Source: an uncultured delta proteobacterium | Lineage (GTDB): Bacteria; Desulfobacterota; RBG-13-43-22 | Length of the DNA stretch: 64,000 nt | Direction of reading: 5' to 3' | NCBI GenBank assembly: GCA_963743305.1 | Contig: CAVUPH010000014.1 | Coordinates: 128,001-192,000, forward strand | Shown here: in pieces, positions 9,766 to 19,307 of the stretch | Layout: every line of letters starts with the position of its first letter | How positions within the stretch are numbered: position 1 is the stretch's first letter | Notes under the pieces: model-generated | Databases searched by the model: none | What the model was told of the DNA's origin: nothing | Seen by the model: the letters and a program-made list of their open reading frames with translations, nothing else | Translations under genes and position numbers: made by a program

Positions 9766-10763
9766 TATTGGCTTTCTATAAGCATGTTTTGTTTCCGAAG
9801 GCCCATTACTATTTCTTCAAATCCATCGTCCGGGGAACCGGGCCAGGTTCCGAAGAGGGTGGAAACATCGTTTATCGGCTGAGCATCCTGGGCTTGGGCC
9901 AATTCTTCAAGTGACATTGACTTCCAGAAATCAATCGGAATCGGAGTGCCTTGTGGTATTAAGTCAAGCCTTTCTTTTTCGCGATCCTCCAATCGTTGGA
10001 TATCGTGTATCACGATGCTGGTTATTTTCCCCGAAATAGGATCTTCCTTGGCCTCGCCGATTACCTTGACAAATTGCAAAATATTTTCCAATACTTCTTC
10101 TTTTTGGGATTCGTTGAAAAGGCAGATGATGGGGTCCCCAACAGAGGGATGGATACGGCACCGGGTTCCGTGCTCTTTAAAATCGGCCATCAAAAGGCGC
10201 CCCTCAACGGTCCTAATGGTCAGACTTGGACCTTGAATCCGATTCTGAACGCGACGGAATCCCTCCTCCGTATATCGAGCAGTAACCGGATGGGGCCGAT
10301 GATTGAGGGTAAAGGTTACTTCGGAAATCCCTTGCTCGAAGACCACCCCCAAATCACGGCAAGCCAATAACACTCCGACATCAAAACCGTAGGGCATCTC
10401 CCCAATTTCGCTTTGGATTTGTCCCAAACCTTCAATGGATTTTTCAATAATTTCCAAGCCGAAATCGATACCTTCCAGGACCTCCTGCCGGCATGATCTT
10501 TCCAGTCCCAGAACCACCGCCGGACTGCCATGAGTCACTTCCACCAAGTCCAAGGCAGTTAAGTCTTTGATACTTTGCTGAAACCGTCCTTTCCGTATAC
10601 TCTCAGCTTCACCGTTTATTACTCTTCCAACCCGGTTAATCATTTTGCTTAATTCGTTTAATAAACGAAGTAAATGTGGGACGGGAATACGACCAGACAC
10701 TATGGACGGACCGGCCAAACAAACAGAAAAAAAACGTTTGGTATCAGTCGTCAAAATAATCAC
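9765..10763 (-). CDS. Hypothetical protein coupled to VapC (putative large antitoxin)
   Basis: 332-aa ORF, TAATG overlap with vapC; start uncertain. Confidence 0.7.
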   Translation of the reverse strand: MIILTTDTKRFFSVCLAGPSIVSGRIPVPHLLRLLNELSKMINRVGRVINGEAESIRKGRFQQSIKDLTALDLVEVTHGSPAVVLGLERSCRQEVLEGIDFGLEIIEKSIEGLGQIQSEIGEMPYGFDVGVLLACRDLGVVFEQGISEVTFTLNHRPHPVTARYTEEGFRRVQNRIQGPSLTIRTVEGRLLMADFKEHGTRCRIHPSVGDPIICLFNESQKEEVLENILQFVKVIGEAKEDPISGKITSIVIHDIQRLEDREKERLDLIPQGTPIPIDFWKSMSLEELAQAQDAQPINDVSTLFGTWPGSPDDGFEEIVMGLRKQNMLIESQ

Positions 10764-10999
10764 CTCCCAACACTTAATTCGCTTTTAGGCTAAAAGGCCG
10801 GTTTAAATTGGTTCTGAGATAACGGATTGGGTCTATTAACTTATTGAAATGACTAGTAGCATAACATAAAATGCTTCTCTTGAAAATAAATCATTTACAA
10901 CCATTTTAAATTGGCGCACCAGCATCACGGAGAATTGCGATGAGTTCAGACTTCATTTTGTTTGGGATTTCTGCGGCCTTGGATATGGGCACACATTAA

Positions 11000-11082
11000 A
11001 AAGACCCCCTTTTTACGAGATCGAGCGCGTTGCTGGTTTCGGTGACCTGCTGGGACCAGCGTTCGATCATGCCCTTGGTCAT
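11000..11082 (-). pseudogene. DUF3175-like N-terminal fragment
   Basis: MTKGMIERWSQQVTETSNALDL. Confidence 0.5.
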
Positions 11083-11203
11083 AAAGTGCGGCTTCTCCCC
11101 GGCTGGAGCGATCCCCGGCTGATCGTGGCCTCGACCCGTGGAACGAAATAGGCAGTCCGGAAAAATTCAATACAGTACCTAGGTCCGCCTCGGTACTGTG
11201 GCT

Positions 11204-11297
11204 TTATGTTTCTTTACCGGCAAAAATCTCCTCGATACGTCGATCCGGCACAAGCGATCACGCCGTCGCTGAAGACTTCGAACCTGTTTTTACCCAT
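11204..11297 (-). pseudogene. Miniature internally deleted TMEM175 gene
   Basis: MGKNRFEVFSDGVIA joined to VPDRRIEEIFAGKET*, matching both ends of 1108-1692. Confidence 0.85.
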
Positions 11298-11360
11298 CCA
11301 GGCTTCTTTCTCTAGTGGTTGCCGATCGTGCGCTCATGATTCGGAGCACATTCTCCATCC

Positions 11361-11726
11361 TTAGAAGCTTCTTTTCAATTTGGCGCCGAGCGTTCCGCCA
11401 AAGACCGAGAGAATGACCAGGAGCGGTAGCGACAGCGTCGCCACGAGAAAAGATGAAGACCGGCTATGGAAATCTGAGGGAAGACCCACAGCTGACCAAA
11501 CCATGTTCAGGAGTCCCATCATTGCAACCATCGCGATACCCAGCAATGCGAAATGGCCAAGCTTAGTTTGCCGGGAGAGAACACCCGATAAAAAGCCGCC
11601 CAGCAACTCCGCAAGATATGGAAGCCAAACAAAGCTTGCCGGCAGTGCCCGGGCAAGATTCAAAGCAGAAAGGTAAACGACCTGCATCCCTGCGAACAGA
11701 CTGAGCCCACTAAAGATTGCTCTCAT
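11361..11726 (-). CDS. Small membrane protein (about 4 TM)
   Basis: Hydrophobic ORF, likely start MRAIFSG. Confidence 0.65.
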   Translation of the reverse strand: MRAIFSGLSLFAGMQVVYLSALNLARALPASFVWLPYLAELLGGFLSGVLSRQTKLGHFALLGIAMVAMMGLLNMVWSAVGLPSDFHSRSSSFLVATLSLPLLVILSVFGGTLGAKLKRSF

Positions 11727-11751
11727 GTTGACTTGTTGGTTCGCTTCAACC

Positions 11752-11927
11752 CCCATTTTACCCGAGATCGTCAAGAATATCGAAGAGAAGGCCGTGGCCT
11801 GGAAAAACGCTGCGGGGGACGTAAACCAAGTACTCCTCTCCCCAGCCGAAGCCCATAGATCCAGAAACCCTTAATAGCAAAAACAGGCGATTCTTTTTAA
11901 GTTAACGGCATTGGGAACGATCCCCTA
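11752..11927 (+). repeat. Second copy of the RAYT 3' remnant plus end motif
   Basis: Diverged direct repeat of 9172-9352, ending GTTAACGGCATTGGGAACGATCCCC. Confidence 0.85.
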
Positions 11928-11947
11928 TTACTCTTTAAATCGCCAGA

Positions 11948-11999
11948 TCAGACGTAACGGGCGTGCCATAGACACGCCCCGTTGACCGAGGGGTTAGGT
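11948..11999 (-). other. Truncated attC-like site
   Basis: ACCTAAC-CCCTC-GGTCAAC-GGGGCGTG..CACGCCC-GTTAC; TAA of an upstream ORF fragment lies in the R'' box; R' lost. Confidence 0.7.
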
Positions 12000-12085
12000 G
12001 CCTGTTTCTGGATAGGCATATGGTGTCTCCCAGTCCATCTCGGCAGCACGATCGAAGCTGCCGATCAAGTGGTCGACGAATGTGA

Positions 12086-12623
12086 TCATGGTTTATACTC
12101 CTTGATGACCATCTTCAATGAATCCTGGGCGTGCACTAACAAGACAGGAAGAGCCAGAGATGACGCGGTAAAAGTAAGCATCTCCTTTTCTGAATAGTAA
12201 TCAATCCCGGTGCATGCTCCAGCAAGCAGCAGCCAACACTTTGGGTGAGAATTCTCCGAGATAATACTGGAGTACATCTCCAACCTGTTCTTAACAATCT
12301 CCGAGGGTTCAAGTTGGGGGAAGGTCCTCTTTAACATGGCTTCCAAGATTGTGTCCATCATCTTAAGGTAGAATTGGATTCTTATGTCCGGGATACTCCC
12401 CCTGAATGTAGTAAGTAGGGCGTGATCCATCAGGAACTTTGAGAGGATTAGGCACTCAAGGGTCTTTATCCCTTCGTTTTCTTTCCACCTGTAATGTTCG
12501 CCACTAAGATGCTTGACTAACTGAGTACAGATGTCGCCCATGCAGCCAGGCAAAATAGTGAAGGGCTCAACCTCAGTAGGGCCACTGTTTCTCTTAAAAA
12601 TACCCTTGATTCTCTTCAGCACC
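12086..12623 (-). CDS. Hypothetical protein (cassette-like)
   Basis: Open frame to 12712; likely GTG start at 12623 after AGGAG. Confidence 0.6.
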
Positions 12624-12697
12624 GTTACGTCTCCTATCAACCTTTTTTCTTGAGGACCCGACGACTGAGGGTAATCACCTTCTATTCCTCTTTCTAA

Positions 12698-12778
12698 GTG
12701 TAACGATGTCAATCCGGAACGCGAACAAGCAACCGAAGCGTCCCTTGGGAGCGCCCCCCTGGCAGGGCAGGGTTAGAC
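12698..12778 (-). other. Degenerate attC-like site
   Basis: GTCTAAC 9 bp after the stop of 12788-13624, and GTTACAC 81 bp away; weak inner symmetry. Confidence 0.45.
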
Positions 12779-12787
12779 CGCTGCGGC

Positions 12788-13624
12788 TTAGAAGAAGGCC
12801 GGATCGGCCGGGGGCTGAACATGCCAGTTAAGCCTCTTGTGAAGCATCTCGCCTTGAGACCGACGCATACATGCAAAGCGGGAGACGGTGCGTGAAATAG
12901 AAATGCCCCGTTCCTTGATGTAGTTCTCTTCTGCGAGGGAAAACGGGTCATCCGATCGATGTGTGCCCGTACAATAGAACGCGACGAAGTCTTCAAGTTC
13001 GTCTTGGTGCCGGTAGAACCCCTCGCCGCATAGCGCGAGGACAAAGACTGCACCAGAGCCGCTCAAGCCGGATCCAGCGATCTTTTGCTCCAGGTCTACG
13101 GCGTACTCCAATATGCGCCCGCGTGCGGCAAAGGCATAGTGCCACAATTCTCCTCCAAGCCATTGCTTGTCGAGAAGGACGGCGATGTTTTTGGGGAACC
13201 AACCCTCGTGAATAGCGCGTTCATATTGTTCCCAACGATCTTTGGCAACAGGCTTGATTGTTTTGACGTCAACAAAGACAACCGGGCAATCCACCGCCTC
13301 GGCGCGAAAATCGATCGATTTCTCGGTATGATCAAGCCGCGCCTCGTACGTGATCGTATGAAAATGCGTGCCCTGATTGTTTAACAGCGCATCTGCTACG
13401 CAGAGTTCGTTGTGCGCCTCGTTTACAGTCCTGAAGTGTCTTCGCCCACGTTGAAGCACTTGCTCAACGGACGCCTTGAAGCGAGCGATGAGTTGATCAC
13501 CCTGCGGAAACCGATTGGTGTTCTGGGCGAACTTTGCGGCGAAGGTGCCTACGACATTCGCGGCGTAGGCATCGATCCAGGCGGTATCTTCGGTATCGAG
13601 TCGTTGGAGTGGCATTAACGTCAC
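12788..13624 (-). CDS. Hypothetical protein, possible PD-(D/E)XK fold
   Basis: NELC..KSIDFRA..VFVDVKTI. Confidence 0.65.
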   Translation of the reverse strand: MTLMPLQRLDTEDTAWIDAYAANVVGTFAAKFAQNTNRFPQGDQLIARFKASVEQVLQRGRRHFRTVNEAHNELCVADALLNNQGTHFHTITYEARLDHTEKSIDFRAEAVDCPVVFVDVKTIKPVAKDRWEQYERAIHEGWFPKNIAVLLDKQWLGGELWHYAFAARGRILEYAVDLEQKIAGSGLSGSGAVFVLALCGEGFYRHQDELEDFVAFYCTGTHRSDDPFSLAEENYIKERGISISRTVSRFACMRRSQGEMLHKRLNWHVQPPADPAFF

Positions 13625-13874
13625 CTGTTATTAGTGAACCCAGACGAACCCTTTTAAATTAGAAGAAAAACGCACTATTTCAGACCAATATTTTGCCTTA
13701 AACGGCTTTTTTCGTGGTCAAAATGGAGACCATAAGACTTTGAGCCTCCCGAAGCTGCTTTTGCTCTCCATCCGTTACTATCATTACGTCCATCGATGTT
13801 CCGTTTAGAAGCTTTCAGCCATTTTCCCCACTTCACGACATCCCGTTTGTCGCCGTACCACCAGTCACGCATTG

Positions 13875-13956
13875 GCAGAACCTCTTTTCAGCCGAAAGGC
13901 TGCTATCACAAGGAGGTCGGCTTTATGGCAGCTCCGGCTGCAGGCCTTGGTTAGGC
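13875..13956 (-). other. attC-like site
   Basis: GCCTAAC (contains higA stop)-CAAGG-CCTGCAGCCG..CGGCTGAA..GTTCTGC; next ATG (MRDWWYGDKRD fragment) 2 nt later. Confidence 0.65.
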
Positions 13957-14325
13957 CGCGTCCTTTAAAGTCCGATAAGATTGAATCAGCACTTCGGCGG
14001 AAATACCCAATCCATCATGAAGATTTCGAATCATCCCCATGGTGAGCGGGCGTTTCCGGTTCAGGATCTCCGACACGCGGGCACGACCGATAAAGAGATC
14101 TAAGTCGCGACGAGTGCGGCCGTGGCTTTCCATATGATACAAAATGGCCTCAATGGGGTCGGGAAGAGGAATCGTGTGGTGCTTCTCTTCGTAGGCTTCA
14201 ATCAGCGTTGTCAGAACCTCGAGGCGATCTGCCTCAGCGGTGCCGGGATTGGCATCAAAAAGTCGCTCAACCTCTTTGAGTGCTCCCTCGTAATTGGCTT
14301 CTGCTTTTATTGGTTTAATTCTCAG
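13951..14325 (-). CDS. higA: HigA antitoxin (HTH), apparent CTG start
   Basis: IKPIK..Y..AL, PDPIEAILYHME, RVSEILNRKRPLT. Confidence 0.85.
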   Translation of the reverse strand: MRIKPIKAEANYEGALKEVERLFDANPGTAEADRLEVLTTLIEAYEEKHHTIPLPDPIEAILYHMESHGRTRRDLDLFIGRARVSEILNRKRPLTMGMIRNLHDGLGISAEVLIQSYRTLKDAA

Positions 14326-14338
14326 GTCTCGGTCCTCC

Positions 14339-14400
14339 TTAAGCCGTAGCGACGTCTTTCCGGTCGTACTCCTGGTGGGTACGGACAAAACTGAATAGTT
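14339..14400 (-). pseudogene. HigB toxin C-terminal remnant
   Basis: LFSFVRTHQEYDRKDV*, resembling the HigB ending FVGTHAEYDKID. Confidence 0.7.
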
Positions 14401-14444
14401 GGTCCGACCGCCTTTTCAAGCCTATGCTTCGGCTATGCCGGGTC

Positions 14445-14751
14445 TTAAGCGGCACTGGAAAGTGGGTGCACTTCCTTATCCAGGCGATCATCCAGAGCCT
14501 CCAGCGCCACCTCCATATCATAATGTGTCTGAAGATTAAGCCAGAATTTCCGCTTCCATTGTGAAGAAGCGCCCCAGACGGAGTGCCGTGTCGGCGGTTA
14601 TGGCGCGCCGCCCGTGTATGATTTCATTTATGCGGCGCGGGGTTACTCCAATATCTTTGGCCAATCGGTACTGGGTCACCCCCATCGGCTCCAGAAATTC
14701 TGTCAAGAGGATTTCGCCAGGGTGGATCGGGGGAAAATCACGTTTAGTCAT
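14445..14751 (-). CDS. higA: HigA/VapI antitoxin, frameshift near 14545
   Basis: PIHPGEIL..RINEII.GRRAITADTALRL, continuing WLNLQTHYD in another frame. Confidence 0.88.
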
Positions 14752-14762
14752 AATGTCACCTC

Positions 14763-15044
14763 TCAGTGGTAATCAACGATCTCGACATCGTAGGCGCTAT
14801 TTTCTTGCCAAAAAAAGCAGATGCGCCACCGGTTGTTGATTCGGATGCGGTGCTGCCCCTTCCTGTCGCCACGCAATGCCTCCAGATAATTGGAAGGTGG
14901 AATACGCAGCGTTTCAATGACGGTCGCCGCGTTCAGCATCTTGAGCTTCATGGCCGCAGTTCGTTGAATGGACTGCGGCAACTTGGCGGAAAAATATCCG
15001 TGAAAAATCTTTTCAGTTTCCTTACACTTGAAGGACTTGATCAT
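14763..15044 (-). CDS. higB: HigB (RelE/ParE) killer toxin
   Basis: MIKSFKCKETEKIF, PPSN.LEALRGDRKGQ..IRIN..WRICF, VEIVDYH. Confidence 0.92.
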   Translation of the reverse strand: MIKSFKCKETEKIFHGYFSAKLPQSIQRTAAMKLKMLNAATVIETLRIPPSNYLEALRGDRKGQHRIRINNRWRICFFWQENSAYDVEIVDYH

Positions 15045-15181
15045 TAAGCTATGCTATCTTACCAGGATATTATCGTCAAGAGATATTATTCAAAGGAATG
15101 GTGGGCTGCCCAGGTTTTTAATAAAGGTGGGGCAAGAAGTCCTCTGGCTATGATATAATTGAAGAAAAAGGAGGGAAAACG

Positions 15182-15949
15182 ATGAAGCCTATTTCAGGAT
15201 TTCCAACAGGGATGGCGGGGGTTTTGGGATTATTGATAGTGATGGCCGCCTTCGCATTTTCAGGACCGGCTTGGGCGACGGCGCCGACGGGAGCGGAGGC
15301 GGCGGAGCTGAAAAAGCTGACCGCCAACATCCATTGGCTGGGGCATGACAGCTTCCGGATCGACGGGGAGGGCCTGGTGATCTATCTGGATCCCTACAAG
15401 CTCAAGGAAGGGCCCAAGGCCGACCTGATCCTGATCACCCATGACCATCAGGACCACGCCTCGCCGGCCGACGTGGCCAAGATCCGGAAGCCGGATACGG
15501 TCATTGTGACCATCGCCAAGGCCGCCGAAAAGCTCAGCGGAGAGATCAAGACCGTGAAGCCGGGCGATGAATTGACGGTCAAGGGCGTCAAGATCAAGGC
15601 CGTCCCGGCTTACAACGTCAACAAGTTCCGCAGCCCGGGCGTGCCTTTCCATCCCAAAGAGGCCGGGCACGTGGGGTATGTCCTGACGGTCAAGGGGGTC
15701 CGGATCTACCACACCGGCGATTCGGATTTTATTCCGGAGATGAAAGGGCTGGCGCCGGACGTGGCTTTGCTGCCGGTCAGCGGGACCTATGTCATGACCG
15801 CCGAGGAGGCTGTCGAGGCGGCGGCGGCCATCCAGCCCAAGGTCGCCATTCCCATGCACGTCGGGGAAGGGATCGGGTCCCTGGCCGACGCCCAGCGCTT
15901 TAAGGAAAAGGCCACGGTCCCGGTGATCGTCCTGCCTATAGAAAAATAG
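15182..15949 (+). CDS. Secreted MBL-fold metallo-hydrolase
   Basis: Signal peptide, WLGHDSF, THDHQDH, YHTGD, PMH. Confidence 0.9.
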   Translation: MKPISGFPTGMAGVLGLLIVMAAFAFSGPAWATAPTGAEAAELKKLTANIHWLGHDSFRIDGEGLVIYLDPYKLKEGPKADLILITHDHQDHASPADVAKIRKPDTVIVTIAKAAEKLSGEIKTVKPGDELTVKGVKIKAVPAYNVNKFRSPGVPFHPKEAGHVGYVLTVKGVRIYHTGDSDFIPEMKGLAPDVALLPVSGTYVMTAEEAVEAAAAIQPKVAIPMHVGEGIGSLADAQRFKEKATVPVIVLPIEK

Positions 15950-15963
15950 AAGGCCGATCCACA

Positions 15964-16004
15964 AAAAAAGGGAGGGGGCAGACCCGGACGGGCCGCCCCC
16001 TCCC
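15964..16004. terminator. Hairpin between convergent genes
   Basis: AGGGAGGGGGC / GCCCCCTCCCT with flanking A-tract. Confidence 0.6.
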
Positions 16005-16044
16005 TGATTGAATATCAACCGTTGATCAATTTCTTCCCTATCGC

Positions 16045-17118
16045 TTAGTTCTTCCGGGCACCTTCCCAGATCCACTGCTTGAGGGCCTGGTAATCCGGAT
16101 GGTGTTCGTTCCAGAAGGTCCCCCCTCCGTGAGGAACTCCCCCGGCCACGGTTTTAAGCAGCAGAAGGCTTTTTCTCGGGTGGGAGGAGTCAACTACGGC
16201 TTCCACCCCATGCTTGGAGATGGTTTCAGAACCGATAACCTTCAAGGGAATGGTGGGGTCATAGAGCGGCGACTGCACTGACGATCCCTCGAAGGTCATG
16301 AGATCGAGGCCCCCGCTGTAGTCTACGGCCGTGGAAGGCGTGTCGTGGTCCGTCTTGGTGTTCATGGGGGTCACTGTCTTCCCGGGGATATGGCAGGGCG
16401 AACAGTTGCTCCTCAAGATCGGGTAGATATGCTTCCGGTACCCGAGGTGACGGGCCGGGTAGGATTCCAGGGTGGGGGCCTTCCCCACCCAGAGCGCTCC
16501 CGAACGATGCGCAACACCGCCGTGGTGCATGTTACAGCTCATGCGCGGGGTGGTCATACTCCCCCCCGCTCCGGCAATGGTCATCATCGGCCGGACGGAA
16601 TTTCCCTTCCGGGTCCAGGTCTTGTAGTGCCAGGTCGAGGGATCGTTGGCCGGGGCGGGGCTGACCAGGTTCCCGCTGCTGTCCAGCGTATACCTCGGGA
16701 TAAAGGGTTCGTGGCCATGGGTGGTTGCCACCGTATACGGGTTGCTGGCCAGGGGGCTGGTCGTCCAGAAATTCCCGGCCTGGTTGCTGGTCATGCTGAT
16801 GACCTTTCCCTCCCGGTCCTGCAGGATGATCTCGCCGCCCTTGAGCACGGCGCGTCCCGGACGGTCTTTATACAGGGTCCCTGACATGGTCCAGACATAC
16901 CCCTCGGCTCTTCCACCCGGGCGGTGGCACCGGCCGCAGTCCTCGCCCGGGTGGTGGGTTCCCCGCCCCGGGGCGTTGTCCTGGCCGACGATATGTCCGT
17001 CCGGCGCCGGTTGGTACATCCTTCCCAGGGCATTGAAGGTACTTTCGTCATAGACCTGGGCCAGGGCCAGGGCGGCCAGTCCCAGGACCGACAAAAATAT
17101 GATCAGGTGTTTTTTCAT
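16045..17118 (-). CDS. Secreted c-type cytochrome-like protein
   Basis: Signal peptide; CGRCH, CSPCH and variant CNMHH; C-terminal SLLLLK..HGG..WIWEGA. Confidence 0.75.
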   Translation of the reverse strand: MKKHLIIFLSVLGLAALALAQVYDESTFNALGRMYQPAPDGHIVGQDNAPGRGTHHPGEDCGRCHRPGGRAEGYVWTMSGTLYKDRPGRAVLKGGEIILQDREGKVISMTSNQAGNFWTTSPLASNPYTVATTHGHEPFIPRYTLDSSGNLVSPAPANDPSTWHYKTWTRKGNSVRPMMTIAGAGGSMTTPRMSCNMHHGGVAHRSGALWVGKAPTLESYPARHLGYRKHIYPILRSNCSPCHIPGKTVTPMNTKTDHDTPSTAVDYSGGLDLMTFEGSSVQSPLYDPTIPLKVIGSETISKHGVEAVVDSSHPRKSLLLLKTVAGGVPHGGGTFWNEHHPDYQALKQWIWEGARKN

Positions 17119-17144
17119 AGTCGTTTCTCCTTTATTCTCGGGCC

Positions 17145-18548
17145 TTAGGAGCCGGCTGACGGGTCATTCAGATTAAAAAGACGGACGCTCCCGGTATTAT
17201 CCAGTTCGGTGGGAGCTCCGGCCGCCAGCCAATTCCCCCACTTCCCTTTCCCCGCGGCCAGGAAGGTGCCCAAGTGCAGGTCCCGGGCGGTTGCCGGAAT
17301 GGCTTTGACGGATCCAATAGCGGCCGGGGTTTCCAGGTCCATCGCGCTGAAAAGATATATTTTCCCGGTCATCGGCAGGGTGGCCCCGTCAGCATGGACG
17401 GCGCTCACCGCCAGAAGCCGGTTACCGTTCTTATCTGTCCTCGCCAGAATGGCGGAGGCGAACTGCCCCGAATTGGGCTCTCCATCGATCCTGGCCAGAT
17501 AATCGGTTGCCGTGTTGACTACCCTTATCCCCGATCCGCCTCGAATGATGAACAGTCTTCCGACATCGCTGACACCATTAATGGCCGCCTGATAGGCACC
17601 AATGGCAATATCATTGAAGCCGTCACGGTTTACGTCCCACAAGACCGCAACCGCCTGGCCGAATCCCCCATCCGTCCCGCTGATGGTCACGTCGGGCCCG
17701 GCGGGCTGAAACGAGGAGTCCAGCGGTCCATAGAACCCGATCACCTTGCCGCTGGCCCCCAGGAGCAGGTCATCCACGCCGTCACCGTTGATGTCCCCCG
17801 CGGCCAAGGATAGTCCGAGTGCCCCGTAGGTTGAAGTGGCCGGAATCCTTATCCGTTCCGACTCGCGAAATTTCGGTCCGAAATAAACATAGACCGCCCC
17901 CTGTTGATACAGGTCCGGGCTGGGGGAGTGCAGGGGGGCGCCTACCACCAGGTCCGGCTCCCCATCTCCGTTCAAATCACCCGAAGACAGAACGTAGCCA
18001 AACCGGTCCATAGCGTTCTCACCTTCCAGGACAAGGACCGGGTGCGGGGGAGAACCGTTTTTATAGACGCTAACCGTACCGGAAAGGGAACCCTGTTGCC
18101 CGCTTCCGGTAACCGCACCGGCGGCAAAGAACCCTTGGCCTTTCCGCTTGCCGTTCTCCAGAGCCACCAGGCTCCAACCCAGATTCCCCTCACCCTTCAG
18201 AATAGAAACGGGAGGGGATAGAAACCCTTTGGGGGTGGAATGGTAAACCAATAGCGCCCCATTGGCCCCATTAGTTTGGGCATAGGGCGCGCCGACGACC
18301 AGGTCTTCCTGTCCGTCGCCGTTAAGATCCAGGGAAGCACCGGACTTTCCTTGCATGCTCCCTTCCAGGGACTTTTGAATAAGAACGGACGTATTAAAGT
18401 GGCCCTGCTTCCAAAAACCTTTCGAATAAGGAAAGTAGGCATTTCCAGCCGCATAAAGCAATCCGGATGCCGCCAATACCAGCCCGATTATTCGAGCCCC
18501 TCTTATCAATAGAAACTTATCTTTTATTGACTTGAACAAATTGCTCAT
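17145..18548 (-). CDS. FG-GAP (integrin-alpha propeller) repeat protein
   Basis: DLNGDG.DLVVGAP and DINGDGVDDLLLGA repeats; N-terminal hydrophobic segment. Confidence 0.9.
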   Translation of the reverse strand: MSNLFKSIKDKFLLIRGARIIGLVLAASGLLYAAGNAYFPYSKGFWKQGHFNTSVLIQKSLEGSMQGKSGASLDLNGDGQEDLVVGAPYAQTNGANGALLVYHSTPKGFLSPPVSILKGEGNLGWSLVALENGKRKGQGFFAAGAVTGSGQQGSLSGTVSVYKNGSPPHPVLVLEGENAMDRFGYVLSSGDLNGDGEPDLVVGAPLHSPSPDLYQQGAVYVYFGPKFRESERIRIPATSTYGALGLSLAAGDINGDGVDDLLLGASGKVIGFYGPLDSSFQPAGPDVTISGTDGGFGQAVAVLWDVNRDGFNDIAIGAYQAAINGVSDVGRLFIIRGGSGIRVVNTATDYLARIDGEPNSGQFASAILARTDKNGNRLLAVSAVHADGATLPMTGKIYLFSAMDLETPAAIGSVKAIPATARDLHLGTFLAAGKGKWGNWLAAGAPTELDNTGSVRLFNLNDPSAGS

Positions 18549-18836
18549 TTTCGCTCCTTTCTCATCCCACCATTTGTGGGGTCCAAAATTTTAGAAGCGC
18601 TATCTGTCGATTTCGGGAATAAGTCTATCAATCCCTCCGGCGAACCTGAACCTGGTTCAAGGGAGACAATCCCTTCCTGGTCAAAAAACCATTGCCCTGG
18701 AAGTACTGCTTTTCTTGCGACCCCTCAGGTCTTCCGGATCCGGACAAACGAATCACCCCGGGGTTTCCTGGTGAGTGAAAGCGCCCGCCGGAGACAAAAA
18801 TCTCCCTTAGGAATCATAGGTTAAGGTTGACAGGGG

Positions 18837-19229
18837 TCAGGTTCGGCAGGACCCGGGCGGAGGCTTTACAGGAGGACTTTCAAATCCTGGAAGGGATCTC
18901 CCAGGATCTGGTTCAAACATAGACCCTTCCGCATTGAACTTGTTTCCGTTCACATAAGACAGCAGCAAAAAAGGAGGCGGTCTATCTGAGTCACGGTCCA
19001 GGCCGCATCGGCAACCTTGCCGGTATTCGACCCTTTTTTCGGAATTCATTTGGCAGTAACAGATCATCGTCCCGCCGGGGGAGGCGTTGGCTTGGGGGAT
19101 GTTGAACGAACAACAGTGAATTTCTGATCCGGGGAGGCGGCAGGTGCAGGATGGCCAAGCTCCTCTAAAAAGAGGCAGGGTAGCAAAGTTCAAGAATAGG
19201 AGCAAAAGCACCAGCCCTTTCACCGCCAT
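18837..19229 (-). CDS. Small Cys-rich exported protein
   Basis: Signal-like N-terminus, multiple CxC, Pro-rich tail PPVKPP. Confidence 0.6.
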   Translation of the reverse strand: MAVKGLVLLLLFLNFATLPLFRGAWPSCTCRLPGSEIHCCSFNIPQANASPGGTMICYCQMNSEKRVEYRQGCRCGLDRDSDRPPPFLLLSYVNGNKFNAEGSMFEPDPGRSLPGFESPPVKPPPGSCRT

Positions 19230-19307
19230 GGGAGGCGCCCCTCTTTTCCAGGTCCCATGCAGTCAGAATATCAAATCGAGGTCAAGGAATCAATAATTAG
19301 AATTGGC

